A stretch of 64,000 nucleotides of DNA from NCBI GenBank assembly GCA_964187785.1, contig CAXLNC010001319.1, forward strand, positions 62,001-126,000, written 5' to 3'. The translations under genes were made by a program, and so were the position numbers. Positions 1-13,099 of the stretch are shown here, one piece after another. Source of the stretch: Amphiscolops sp. MND2022 (taxonomy: Eukaryota). Below the pieces are notes generated by a model. The model was not told the DNA's origin and did not search any database. It saw only the letters and a list, made by a program, of their open reading frames with translations. Every line of letters starts with the position of its first letter. Position 1 is the stretch's first letter.

Positions 1-539
1 AGGAACATTCAGTAACGGTCCAGAGTTCTGAAAAACCGATCAGGGCGGCATAGCACTTGTCAAGCTTCAGCGTAATGCGAGGGCAAGCAGAAGCTAAATT
101 TGGTCTACTGACTTGGACGACTGTTTCTTGGTGGACATAACCGAAAGAGGTTGATCAAGAAGAGCCAAAGTATCAGACTCTGAGAGATTGGCTATTTTGA
201 CTCTGGGAGCTTGGGCTATTGTGATTTCAGGCCTTGGACTTTGAGACTTTGGCTGCCTAGCGATTGTGACCGAAGCCGCCCAGTGCAAGATGATAAAACA
301 GACCGAATGATAACATAACGAAGCGTGCATTCAAAGAGCAACGATTCAACTAAAATTGAAAAAAGCTTTGAAAAAAGCCGAAGCAGTAATAGCCAAGTCA
401 GCACTCAAAAATTGCTTCAACGGTAACACAGGACCTTCACAGCAGATCTTGCTTGTCGAAGCAGAAACTGTCAATGATTTCTGGTGACCCAATGAAGTAG
501 CTTGAAAGGTCTCACAGATTGCTACATCACACTATACAA

Positions 540-790
540 GATTGTGGAATTGGAGCAAATTTGTGAAAAATCAAAATGATCTCAATGATATCCCCGATAA
601 AAAGCAGTGGATTTCCATCATTCATTCGGGTGACGATAGGGAGTGGGCACAGGTCACAATTGCTTCCTGCAACTCTTGACCAAATCTGTTATCCGTAGAC
701 GACATTCTGATGAAATTACTAAATTTGACTGGTCAGTCACTTGATTTTGAGCTTGGACTGTGGGACTTTGGCAGTCTAGCGATCGTGACG
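540..790 (+). pseudogene. Degenerate BEL/Pao aspartic-protease-like fragment (copy 1)
   Basis: Stop-interrupted frame KQWISIIHSGDDREWAQVTIASCNS*PNLLSVDDILMKLLNLTGQSLDF; similar at DNA level to 1500-1710; resembles the BEL protease region (..SFVD.SL.K.L.L.GQ..). Confidence 0.4.
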
Positions 791-1499
791 CGTAAATCTC
801 AAATCTTGATCATTTAAAATTTTGAAACATGAAGGAAAGGGGAACTGAAACAGTTGGATAAGAACAAGGAAAGAAAACTTCCTGATAAACTCTATGGGAA
901 AGAACTCAAGCTCTGAGTTATTGGAATGTAACTGTCCAGCAAGGTGAGACGTCAAGGCATTTGACGAGAACTTAGCTTGCAACCTTGAAGTCGGGACAAT
1001 CGGCGGATTTATTGTTACGAAGAAAAGACGCAGTTCAAACGCGAGTGCAGCTCATCCAGGCAGCCGAAAATACAATAACGCTGATGTCAGGCTACCGAAG
1101 TCTTCGCAGACGGGAACAAAGCATTGCAGAATCAACTTGAGCTTCGCGGAAAGGAAACACTAGCATTGGAAAATTGAAATTGTTGATGGCAGCAGTGGAC
1201 GGGGAGGAGGAGATTCAAAATCAATTGAATCACAAGGGCGCGAAACAGGCTATAGATTGGAGCATCCTTAACAGTGGAACATGACGCTAATTGACTGAAG
1301 TGGAGCTACAGAGAAAAGGCCAAAGGTTCAACGCTTGCAACATTAGCAACTAACACAACGAAGGATAATTTTGAGAGCCAATGGAAGTGTGTGTCGAGAG
1401 ATGGCGGAAATCCATCATGGAAGAGTTGAAAATTGTTTGGCAGACTCTGTGAAATCAATGTTTGCGGAACATCCTCTCACAGGTTTCAACACCGACTTT

Positions 1500-1866
1500 T
1501 CAAAACTGTGGATTTGAAGCAAAATTGTGAGAAAAAACAAGGACATTTCAATTTATCCTCGATGGGAAACAGTGGATTTCCATCATTCATTCCTGTGACG
1601 AAAGGGATTGGGCGTAGTTCACGTTTGCTTCGTGCAACTCTTGATTATGTTTGTTGTTCGTAGACGAGAGTTTGATGAAAAGTCTGAAATTGACAGGTCA
1701 GTCACTTTATTTTAATGATGCAACAGATCATGGAACGCCAGATATTTGTAACAACATATCACGAGTCAAGATTGATGATCAAGACAAAAAGCTTGACGGA
1801 AACATCGTTGCTTATAACCAACCTAATGTAAATGCCGGAAATCGAAGATTGCTACCACTTGCATAG
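1500..1866 (+). pseudogene. Degenerate BEL/Pao aspartic-protease-like fragment (copy 2)
   Basis: Frame ..FASCNS*LCLLFVDESLMKSLKLTGQSLYFNDATDHGTPDI..; lies just upstream of a BEL RT remnant in the expected order. Confidence 0.45.
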
Positions 1867-2114
1867 AGCATTCTGATAATATGAGTGTGGAATCATAACC
1901 TTGTGCCACAGTGTCGTATTGACCAAATGGGGTGGATGCTTAATGAACCATTGCCTCAACGAGAGACTGCGAAATTCGCAACTCAACTGCAATCTAGTTG
2001 CAGCAAAATTAGACACTTTAGGGTACAAGTAAGAACTTGGTGAATACTACAAGCGTCTGTTTTTAATTGTAGCGTATCCGGGTTGTCCGATGGGGATGAG
2101 AAGGCCCGTACAAA

Positions 2115-2466
2115 ATGCTGGATACAACCACGAAGTTCGATGGAGAGAGGTATGCAGTCGGGCTATTCTTGAAAAAAAAATCAAAACCGCACTTGCCAAA
2201 TAATTATGGTTCAGCATTGGGTCAGTTGAAACCCCATGAGCATCGTCTGGAAGAGAACACCCTTAATTGAAGAAATAATCCAAGAGACGATTGGTTTGGA
2301 CGTAAAAGAAATTTGTGAGAATTCTGGAGTTGTGAGAATCTTGAACGAGCCGGACAAAGTCCGACTAGTGTGCAATACTGCTTCAATGTTCTCGATACGA
2401 ACTGTACTGTTCTGTTCTAGAGATTGTATTGACCGATTCATTCAAATTTTTGCCAGTGAACAGTGA
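2115..2466 (+). pseudogene. pol: BEL/Pao pol remnant (segment entering the RT domain), frameshifted
   Basis: MLDTTTKFDGERYAVGLFLKKKSKPHLPNNYGSALGQLKPHEHRLEEN, then shifted frame ..QETIGLDVKE..GVVRILNEPDKVRLVCNTASMF; matches BEL motifs RYEVGL/LPNNY/ALGQL and KVRxVCNAAS. Confidence 0.65.
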
Positions 2467-5400
2467 CGAAAAAAGCAAAAACGGTCTGGGGAAGTCAGTT
2501 TTTTGTAATTGGAGGGCGTGACACCGAACGAATCGAGTCATAAATCCTGATATCCAATCCAAAATCAAGTTTAATTTTCTAAAACAGCACCGAAAACCAA
2601 AACACAGCTTTGGACACAAGACGCTCATTAAATCCGAGAGAAGCTCGCTGATGTTTTGATTTTACTTAGAGACAGTGATGACATCTCATTAGAAACTTTG
2701 CCAGTGAAAAGTGGCCGAAAAAGTCGGCCAGTGATTGCCTGCCTCTGGGTAAACTCAATGTGAGGTCTTATTTGCTGTGAATGCAACAAGAGCTTCGTTA
2801 TAGCACGAGTTTAAAAATCATAGTACCAGATTTTGAAAGTGATGAGATGGTTGCTTGTAACCGCCTATAAAATTGGTGTTGAACTATTTGACCCTTGATA
2901 ACAGCGTGTTTTTGGTTTGGCGCGATTAATTGGACTCAAACGTCAAAACAAATTGAGATTTTCTGGAACATGTCTGAATAATCTTCTTCTTTCTGGCTGG
3001 TTCAAAGTTTTGAGCACGAGAAGCCTCACAGCCCCAATTATTTTGTAAGTACATTCTTGTTCCGCAACCTCACTCATGTAACTATTTTTTTCCAAAATTG
3101 TCTCGTGATTATTTCACACACAAAAACAGTCAGTCATCAAAGAATGAAACCTCTGATAAGTAATAAAGTTTGAACATTCCACAGTTCAGCCCGTATCTTT
3201 AAATCTAATAATATTCAAGAGAAACACCTGGGATAAAAATATGTTGAAGTTTTATCTAGTTTACATTCGTGTTTGTTTATTTCCGCCCATATGTCATATG
3301 GAAAAAAATATTTAACATAAACGTCCTTTTACAAAATTTGCAAAAAAAGTTCCAAATTTATATTCAAATTGAGGGGAATTCAACCCATAGAAATCAACTC
3401 ACACAAAGTTCGCTCCCTGCGATATGATTTTGTAGAGATTTTTGGACGTTTTTGGGTGACCCAAAAAACCCCAGAATGACTGAGAAAAGACATCAAAAAA
3501 GACAAAAGTCCAAAAATATCCTATTTTTTTCCGTTTTTACGCAAAGTTTCGGTAGACTTGGTAGCTTAGAAATTTGAAACGTTCAACAAGGAACCAAATC
3601 ACTGTCCAGAAGGTTGCTTGAGAAAATAGTAGAAAAATGTTTTCAGCAACAAATGACTCAAACTGCGTCCGAAATTGACAAAAATCAAAGAAACTTCATT
3701 TTTTCCAATTATGCTATTTTTGTCAGTTTATCGATAAACTTCGTAAAGAAAAAAAACTAGAACAATAAACAAGAAAAATATTCGTTGTCCAGTAGATTTT
3801 TGTTGAGAGATAAATGCATTTGTTCGATCGAAAAATCCATCAAATTGACCCAAAAACTCAATTATTCCTGTTATTGTCACTTTCTATACAAATTTTGTAC
3901 CATTTCCGAGGCTTTTCATGGGTAGGAGGTTTCAAAATTTTCCCACACGAAAGATTATAGCTACGCATTGCATCTTTCCGAATACAAAATTGCATTGTTC
4001 TACTCAAAAGTATTTCAGAATGACTGCAAAGAGCCGAAAAATTGGACATATTCGTTTTTTTTCCATCGTTTTCTATGTACCTTCTGTGAACTTTTGGAAA
4101 CATTTTGTAGTTAGAATGTCAAAAAAGTTCAAAAAAGGTTAAAAAAAGGTTCTCAAGAATGCTTTTTAGTATATATCCACATGTTTATGTCAGAAAACTT
4201 TTCCAATTGACCCCAAAAAGTCGAAAATTCAATTTCGAAACTTTCCATGATCTTTCGTACAGTTTTTGATAAATGATAAACTTCCTGATTTAGTCTTTTT
4301 TGGGATCCAAACGAAATAATTAGCCAGGTGGTATGCCTTTTGGAGGAATTGACACTTTCAAAAGAAAATCATTAAAACAGGTTGGCCGAAGCAATCGAAA
4401 ATCCAAAACGTTTCATACTCTGCCGTTGGTATTTCAAAATTTTTTTAAGTTGTCCAAAAAGTTTGTGTGTTAGAATAACAAAAACGTTCATCAAAAAACA
4501 AATGCCGTATCAATTGGGCTCTGAGAAAATTCACTTTCTTGTAACAGAGGTGCATATACAAGACTCTCAAAATCGTCGAAAATGTGGAAGTATTTCTATT
4601 TTTCACATTTTTTTCAATTTTTTCATTCACAACTGATGAAGTTGGTGAGTTAAAAGCTTGAAGAAGACACATCCACATTCGCAGCACGCTTTTAAAGGAG
4701 AGTTTTTATGTATAAAAAGTACTCCATAAATTTTGAAGTTTCGGACGTTTTAATGCAGATTTTGGTGTCTTTTTGAGCAATTTCGTGGCATACAATTGCT
4801 TAGATAGTCATCACCGATTAGGCCCGGTTTCGAGTAATTGTTTTGAAAATAATAAAAGTATTTCTTGTTAGAATTAGCTTCGAAAACAACCCAAAAACCA
4901 AAAACGTCAAAAGACTGGGTTAGTGCCAATTTTTGTTCAAGTCCCGAACGATTTTGTAGAATAGAACTTCCATTGACCTGAACGTTGAAACAATATTTTT
5001 ATTTTAAACGCTACTTGGGAAAAAAGCGGGATAAAGTCTTTCAAATTAGGATACAAAGTAGACAAATAATTGAAAGTTTCTCCTTTATCTCTCATTCTCC
5101 CAAGTGTTGATTTTTTCCTAATGTGTTCCCTAACTAGAAACTAGGGCTGAGGAACGAAACAGTTAGCTACCAGTATGGGTCCTGGAACAAAACTGCACTA
5201 CTGAAAAAAAACTACAACATCACGAGAAACACCTTCGAAATTTGAAATTCTTTTCTTTTGTTCAATTAATTTCAATCATTTGGCTCCAAACTAAATAACT
5301 ACCTATTCAATACGCTTTTCAAAGGGACTTTTTGTAGTTTCCCAGGTAGGAAAAATAACACGGTATTATCTCTAAAACCCAAAAGTGTTTGATGTTTTCA

Positions 5401-6613
5401 TGCAACTTTTGTAAAATCATTCGTGGTTTCGTGGTTTCTTTTTGTGTAAATATTCACCATCGAGTGAATCGGGAATACAGTAGGCATTTTGGACGAGTTC
5501 AGTTTTTTGTTTGAAAAGTGCGTCAAAATGACCCAAAGGAGTCGAAAGTTTCATTTTTTCCACTTTTAAATTTTCATTGACTTTTTCTTTATATAGACAT
5601 ATACAAATTTGGAGGTTAGATAGTAATGGTATACATTTGACTCAACAACAAAATTCGGTGCTTAGAGATTTCTTAAATCAACCGCTTTCTTTGAAAATGA
5701 GATAAGATGAATCAAAAAGTGTCACGTCGAAGTAGTACCGGTTTCAGCTGAAAATATCCCGCTGGTCAGCGGGTATCTCGTTTGAAACTTCTATGACAAA
5801 TATTGCGGTAATCGTTTCTCAAAACTCTCGAGACGAAATATAGTTGTTTTGCAATGAAAGGTTTTGATTTTTACTCAATTCAGATATTGTTGATTAGGTT
5901 TTAGGTATCTTTCGGTTCACCGCTGTCTTCTGATTGCAGTCAAACTTACATGCTTTCAGTTTTACACGTCCGCAGAACATCGACAATCTGCTCTGAAGAA
6001 ACTCTTGTACGTGTATTAAGATTGAGTACAGATTTAAGTCCACGAAGTTTATGAGAATCGTTTGATATGTACACTTTAGGAAGCTTAAAATTTCCGAGTG
6101 TAATTAGTCAATTACGGACACCTTGAATATTTGAAAAATGATTTATGACCTAGCTTCTGCTCCTAATTTGGACTCTGCAACTGCGTTTTCACATGTGAAA
6201 ACTAGCTAAAATCGAGAAAGTGTTGTTTCCATTTTTTTGGAACATTTGTCAGTTTTTGATTAAATACCAAAGAGGGGTTCCATTCATTTATCACAAGTTT
6301 GTATGTGGTCACTTATCTTTTTTGGCACTTTTCTTGGAATCAAAATGTTTTTCCCGAACCAGTATGCTTAGAAGTCAAATTTTTTCGTCTTTATTGGGCA
6401 TTTTGTGTCCCCGTTGGAAAGTCACGTCAATTTTGTTGTTTTGAAAATGCATTGTTTTTTCTGTTTACGCTTTGATATGAACCAACTGAATTGAATAAAT
6501 TTTCTGAAAAAAATGGCTACTCAACACGGTTGAAACTAAATGATCAATTTCTTTTACTTGAATTGTTGGGAATAGTTGCTATGGAACCTGATGGCAAACG
6601 GGATGAACTTGCA

Positions 6614-7771
6614 TCATTGTGAAAATGAGGTGAATTGTCGTGTCAAAACCATTGACACGTTGCAATAAAAACTAAACCTGTCCAAATCAACAATTTTACC
6701 TTCTGTGATGGGTCCAGTATCCACATTGGTTTCATTCAGAGCCGATTTCTCTGGCTTGGTGAGGCTTTGTGGCTGCCGGGTCGGGATGTCCTTGTCTTCA
6801 TTGTGCACTTCTTTCCCACGTTGCAAGCCTTGGCTCGCTGGAGTTGGCAGTTCCATTCTGATTTTGTTATCCGGTCCTCCGTATATGAAGTCAACTGTTC
6901 CGGTGCTCGCAGCTGGTTTTGTCTCTGAGTTTGGACAGTCTTGTTCATTTTTAGTAACGCCAGATTTCAGTTGTCCTTTTCCGATGTTTCCTAACTCCAT
7001 CCCTTTTCCCCCGGACACTTTTGTCTCTTTGTTGTCACACTTTTTGGTCTGTGCAGTGCTTCCAAAGCCAGGGGTCCGGCGCGCCCGCAACTTGTACTAG
7101 AAGACAACACTGGCGACCAGAATCAGTGTGAAATGAGTCACGGGGAACAGAACACTGGAAATGAAAAGTTCGTACAACCTGGGTACTATCCCTGGAGCCA
7201 CCAAGCTGCAAACACCATCCTGGACCCCGAAGAGGTAGAGAACGGGAGCCAAAGCGATGATATGGAACAATGTCATACCAATGGACACGTGTCGGTTGAT
7301 AGTAGACCAGTCTTTCATGTGGTGCCACTGTGGGAAAGACATGTTGAGTGCCCGGTCGACTGCCAGTGCCACTAAGTGACCGCTGGCATTCATGGTCCCA
7401 AGCCACAACGTGTACAAGATACCTCTGCACGCCCAGTCTCCCGATGACATCATCTCATATCCAGTTACCAGGTTTGCAACGTTTACAAATCCACTCACCA
7501 AGATGAACATGCTGTCCCAAATTGCCAAATACTGCATCCACTTACTGCCACTGGTTTGCGGTCGCTGGTGCCTAGAAACGTCCAGAGTCACAGTATTCAG
7601 ACACAGGCCAATAACTGTCAAAGTCAATCCGACCAAATCAGCAAATTCATCAACGAAACCAAAAGATCCAGTTGAGATGGTCGGGATCTCAGTTGTCGAG
7701 TTGTATAACTCTTGGCTGCACACTGCGACAGTGAAGACCCAAATGAGATGCAAAAGTTTTCGCATCGTCAT
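6614..7771 (-). pseudogene. Rhodopsin-like (class A) GPCR, interrupted by in-frame TAG at 7097-7099; TM6-7 not found
   Basis: Signal-peptide-like N-terminus, NST sequon, TM1 GLCLN, TM2 YLAIWD, TM3 LAVDRA (DRY-like), TM4, TM5; ORF 6614-7090 continues in the same frame after the stop (VVF*YKLRARR) as a long hydrophilic loop. Confidence 0.8.
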
Positions 7772-8943
7772 TTCGGAAGATGGGAATTCTCACGAAACTA
7801 TCATGAACCTCTTCCTGAGACTATGTTTCATTTTCAAAAACAAGGGAAATAAAAATCAATTTGTGTTATATATTTGTTCAAATTTTTATTAAAATTAGCC
7901 AATCGATTGCTTTCAAAATAAAAAAATTAAACCATGCTGCGAACCAATTAAACCAAGTTTGCTCCTTTAGTTTTTTACAAAATTAACTCAACTTGAATTC
8001 ATCGTATTATACTAGCACATTCGGTTTTTCAGTATTCCTTGCGTAAATATGGCCTAATATATCGAGTATGTTTTAATCCGATTTACAACCTACTTTTTCG
8101 ATTTTTGAAGTTCATGAAAAGGTCAAAAACAATACCCATACAACCATCAGTCACCCGGTGAGAACGAAATATGAACTCAGCATCATTTTAGAGAACCGGT
8201 TCAAAAACCGAATACTCGAGTCATTGAGATTATGAATTTTAATCCACCTAACAAGAATTATGCCAAGAGCCAGGTAGATATTCACAAAACACTTTTCAAC
8301 TGATGGAATGGATTTTTCAAAGTCGAAATGCATATCACGTTTTATTTGCTTAATTTTCATATTTATTTTCTAACTAATACCATTTTGACTCGTAGCACCA
8401 GTATCATAGAACATTTTTTCGAAGGTAAAAACGTTTTTGTGTAATTTATTCAATTTTTATGATGTAGATAGACAGCCTGGGTGATTATACATGACCTCAA
8501 AAGTTTTTTTGTTCGGAAAGTTCTTTTCTAGAATTTGACATCTGACATCTTGTCCAAAGAAGTTGCTTCAATATATAATCTATTTAGTGGAAGCTCTTAC
8601 CAACCAGGTATTGTAATCCGTTTATTTATAATCTATTTAGTGAATGCTTTTACTATTCAGATACTGTAACCCACAAATCTATATTCTTATATATGATTCT
8701 AGTCTAGTTTCTAGATGATGACAGTTATATATTCAACATCTGTACTGATAAGTATATACTCAGAGTTAACTAATATCTCTCAACGACGATATGTTTTCTC
8801 TCACTACAGCAGTCGTGAAAGAAAGAATAATTTAGGCTGAAAAGTAGCTACTTTGTAAAAGAGATCTCACACCCGAAGTATATAGTGGCTATTGCTTAGG
8901 ACTAAAAAACTTCTTATGAAAATACCACAAAGTCTTAGCAGTA

Positions 8944-9351
8944 TGAGCTGTTTAGGATTTGTATGGTGTTAGTTTTTAGTTCTTTTAAGAAACACATAGG
9001 AAGTATTATCTTAACGGCAAATCGTCTAAGTCTGACAGCTATCTTTATTGCAGGTTTTCTGAGATCTCAGTTAGGTCTTTCTTCTATTAGAAGACTGTTT
9101 TGTAGATCAGATTCTATTTTCTCTGAGTATATATCATCTACAATTTCTTCAACGAATATATAGAATAAATGCAATGCTAGTCATGCTAAAGTGACAGTAG
9201 TAGGAGTAGATATAAATGAAGTTATCACCAAATGTTAAGAAGATACTAATGGTTTTATCACCGGATGTCAGCAATCTAATTACCGTTGGAATGAAGTGAC
9301 ATCTGTTTGTTTAGAAAAGAAGTATTTGAGGTCATGCATCATGGCATCACA
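8944..9351 (-). repeat. LTR of family C (putative 3' LTR), about 408 bp
   Basis: Minus strand begins TGTGATGCC and ends AACAGCTCA; homologous to 55423-55832, and homology stops exactly at the CA end, where the other copy is followed by a PBS. Confidence 0.7.
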
Positions 9352-10447
9352 ATCAACCGGGAAATTTGAAATTTGAAAAATTATCTATCTGCACTTTGAA
9401 GTTCTAAAGTTTTCGTTTGAGATGTTGTACTATACTTTTGTTTCTGATGTTGCATTTATGAGTTTTTGTACTAAAAGCATGTTATACTTAAGGAGTGAGA
9501 ACAACCTAAGACGAAATGCCTTCTTACGTGAGTGACGGTTCAAATTGGTGCAAAGGTCAGCTTGAAAAACTAACAAATTTCGGTTTTGAAAAACTGACAG
9601 TTTTGTTCGAGTTATTGTTTGGCAACTTGTTTAGTATTTTATGTCCTAACTTCTATGTTTTCTATGTATCTATTCATCAGTCTTTTTGAAAATTGTTTGG
9701 TTCTTCAACTTGAAGTGAGCACAGTTGAAAACGTTTTTGAGTCGAAGAAGTTTCGTATGAAGTTGTCAATGAGTTTGCAACAAATAATGGCGGGTTTTTG
9801 AACTAAAGAGTGAAGAAGTGTTGAAAACTCAAGGTTGTAGTTCGAGTTTATTTTCAAAAAAAGTGAAGAGCAAGGCAGAGGCGAAGAGTTTTTTCTATAT
9901 TTGAAAGGTTTCAAACAATTGAAAAGGTGTTGTACAAAACTTTAAAAGTTTTGTTTCATATGTGCTACGAAAAAAAGGTGGTAGTTCCAAAAAAAATGAT
10001 TTTGTGCCATAGGCAAAACTTTTGTACTGGAAAAGAAAGCTGGATAATATTTGTATTATAGAGAATATATACTTGTCTCATACACAAGATAATAGGTGTT
10101 AATATTAAAGATTACAAAGTCAAGATAATATGGTCTTTATTAGCAATTACAAAAGCAATGTTTGTGGTTAGAATGATAAATATTCTAAAATTATTAGGTA
10201 GGTATAAAAGAACTAGTTTTTGGAAACCATACGAGCATAATTACGAATTCAATAGAAACTAATTTTTGTGGGTATTAAGACAATACGATTGAAAACCTAT
10301 TAAGTTATATTATTGTTCAGTTTGAAACATTGCAAGCTTCTGGGTGACGAGTGACCATGCCAATGACGAAACGACCAGTTGAAGACCAGTGGAAGACCAG
10401 TGAGTGAAGGAATCTGGGTGAAGTGTTGACGACCAGTTGACAAGAAG

Positions 10448-10600
10448 TGAAGTGATGAAGACCCGTGGATGTTGAAGACCTGTTGAGAAGAATTGAAAAG
10501 ATGAAGACCAGTGGATGTTGAAGACCTGTTAAGAGGAAGTGAAGTGATGAAGACCAATGGATGTTGAAGACCTATTTAGAGGAATTGAAGTGATGAAGAG
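10448..10600. repeat. Tandem repeat, 46-bp period, about 3.3 copies
   Basis: atgaaga(cc) recurs at 10455, 10501, 10547, 10593. Confidence 0.85.
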
Positions 10601-11770
10601 AGATGGCCAAGTGAAGAGAGTCTGTACTGAAAGTTAGTATTATGGATGTTGTTGAGAAGGGTGAACTTGATGCGTATTTAGGTCGTAGATTTCTAACTTT
10701 AGTGTATACCCAAAAACGAGCATAATTTTGTTGAAAGCGTCTCAAGCGTCACAAGCGTCGTCGATTGCCACGCGAAAGTAATTGTCTTTAGATGTAAGTG
10801 AAGAATGTAGGACGAAAACCGTGTCCGATACGGTTTCGCATATTGCAACTCTGGGTCCATCAAAAGAGATACGAGCGTATTGTTCGAAATTAATATTCTT
10901 CTTCTTGACTTTGTATACGTTGAGAACCTTGAGAAACGATCTTTTGGTTGAGTAGGTTATTTTATCATTGCTGATTTTGAGAGACAGTTTGAAAACCAGA
11001 GTGTGAATGATTGCGACTCGTGAACTATTGGTGTTTGAAGATGAAACAACTTTTTTTTTACTTTAGGTTCTTGAGGAGGAGCCATTCCTGTAAGACGACG
11101 CGACAGTTATTGGAGGAGTTTGTGTAAGGATCTGATATTACGATGTTGCAGGGAATGGAGTCAACAAGGAGGAGGGAGATGGAAGAATCGAAGTTTCTGA
11201 AAAACAAAGAAATTCTGAGAAAATATTCTTCATTTCATCTTTGTTTGTACTATAAAGATGTGGTGCTATTAAGTAGTAGAATCAGGTTCTAAAATGTATC
11301 TTGAATTTGCATAAAATAAAGGTAGTTTTGAATGTAGTTTTCGAGAAAAATATGGCTTTTACCATAATTTTTGAAAGTAAAATAACTTAGGAAAGTGTCA
11401 GAGAGAAAGGCATAAGATTGTTACTTGTACAGAAAATTAAAATGTATAAATGTCATTAGTGTCCAAAAATGTTCCATAAGAGGCAAAAATAAATAAATTT
11501 GTATTATCTGTGTGTAGATTTTAGTGAAGACTAGTTGAATTGAAAAGAGTATTCATATATTTGACCGCAAATTGTATTGCTTGTGATGATCGCGCAATAC
11601 GTTGTGAATATGAGTCAACTGATCTTAGTAGTTTTTGTGTTCTGTCATGACAGTGTATGAGGAGTGTGAGAGTGGTGACGATAGAGTCAGATGGGTTTTT
11701 TGTAAGGATCTAGGATTTGTCTTATATCGCGAAGAGTACGATTATTGAGCATTGAAGCCAGTTTGTCAGA

Positions 11771-11924
11771 AGGGTGATTACAGATCGGTGATGTAAGTTC
11801 AACATTAGGAAATTTGTGTTCTGGTTTGTTTTCAGTTCGTACTGTTGTTTTCAGGGTGATTACAGATCGGTGATGTAAGTTCAACTTTAGGAAATTTGTG
11901 TTCTGGTTTGTTTTCAGTTCGTAC
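11771..11924. repeat. Direct duplication of 72 bp with a 10-bp spacer
   Basis: agggtgattacagatcgg...ttcagttcgtac at 11771-11842 and 11853-11924. Confidence 0.9.
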
Positions 11925-11999
11925 CATATATGAAATGATTTTACCAGAGATAAAGAGCAATTCGTCAAACGAATGAGATTGTTTGGAGAGAGCCGTATA

Positions 12000-12659
12000 T
12001 TAAGATTTATCCTTGTCATCCAGCGGAGACGAAACAAGGTGTTTGATAACAGTTGACGGTTTGACAATTTGGGTATGAATGTTGCAAGGCAACAAAAAAT
12101 CATCAAAATGTATGAAATATTTATAAAGTACAATAAGTGGGCGTGATGTATCAATGAACGGGAACAAGCAAAAGTTTTGTTCACTAGGATCATAGTTACG
12201 AAGGTATCCCGTTATGCGAGCGTGATCTATAGTGTACAGATTTGTCATTGTGTATGGTGAAGTGTATTTGTAATTGACGAAAATGTAATTTTTTGGTTTA
12301 GTGTGTTGTGGAAATTTAGTGTATGTTTGATGATGTGTAACGTTTTGTGAAGGAGAGAGAAAGGAAGGATCAGATTCGTCCGTTTTCAAATCGTTTATTG
12401 ACGGGCGGAGGAATTTAAACTGAAAAGCAAAAGTTTTTACTCCATTGTCAAGCCAATATAGGTATGGAGGCATTATTTTTGAAGCAAAGGACGTGAAATA
12501 ATTTTTGTTTTTATCATATAAACGGAAAGTATAGTCAGTCGGATGCATATGAAGAGAAGTCAATTGTGCTTTAAAAGTGAAATTGACTTGTGATAAGAGT
12601 GGTATCAAATGATCATCACGGTTTGTTGAACGTGGTGGATTGGTGGATATAATGGACAA
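12000..12659 (-). CDS. Uninterrupted 219-aa ORF of unknown function inside element C
   Basis: Open ATG-stop frame with globular-looking composition, same strand as env, downstream of it. Confidence 0.5.
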   Translation of the reverse strand: MSIISTNPPRSTNRDDHLIPLLSQVNFTFKAQLTSLHMHPTDYTFRLYDKNKNYFTSFASKIMPPYLYWLDNGVKTFAFQFKFLRPSINDLKTDESDPSFLSPSQNVTHHQTYTKFPQHTKPKNYIFVNYKYTSPYTMTNLYTIDHARITGYLRNYDPSEQNFCLFPFIDTSRPLIVLYKYFIHFDDFLLPCNIHTQIVKPSTVIKHLVSSPLDDKDKS

Positions 12660-13099
12660 AATAGGCGGATATAATGGTGAGGAGAAAAAACAGGATTTTT
12701 CATAGTTTCGTATTGTTTTTTAAAATCGAGGTGGTGTTTCATGAAGTATCAGAAGGAGTGTGAACTTTTGAAGAGGTAGTATGTTCAGTCTGTTCATTTT
12801 GTTTAGAAGTATCAATCGGTTCAAGAAAGAGAGCCGGAAGTTCGTTGATGAGAGGTTGAGTAGTGAGATCAGAAGATGGTTGTTTTAGTTGTGTTTGGAG
12901 ATTATGAAGATTAAGTTGAGCTTGTGTCATTTTGAAATGATATTTTGTATAAGAAAAAAATGTACACTAACGAGTAGCTTTGTCGACTTTAGTTGGAGTT
13001 GGAGTTAGTATTATGACTCGAAGTGGAGGATTGTTAGAACGTCGAACAACAATTTCTATTATTGTATTATTATATTACTATTTACTATATACTATTATT

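Larger units (their letters stand above)
9352..11990 (-). pseudogene. Decayed accessory ORF region of element C between env and the 3' LTR
   Basis: Stop/frameshift-broken coding-like frames (..FPNVELTSPICNHPSDKLASMLNNRTLRDIRQILD..; ..FEQYARISFDGP..); the last frame runs into the LTR and includes a hydrophobic stretch. Confidence 0.4.

Noticed and set aside
3000-6500. AT-rich region with a small palindrome (tttttgggt-g-acccaaaaa at about 3450) and recurring gacccaaaa motifs
   Set aside because: No TIR/TSD pair or ORF found by eye; it may be old DNA-transposon debris but cannot be called.
7085-7110. GPCR TAG as a 3' splice acceptor (ttgtcttctag) or as a readthrough codon
   Set aside because: The upstream sequence is clearly TM5 coding, and the 3' context TAC AAG is not a known readthrough motif.
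7392-7892. 166-aa plus-strand ORF (and the other ORFs overlapping 6700-7430)
   Set aside because: Antisense shadows or alternative frames of the GPCR coding region.
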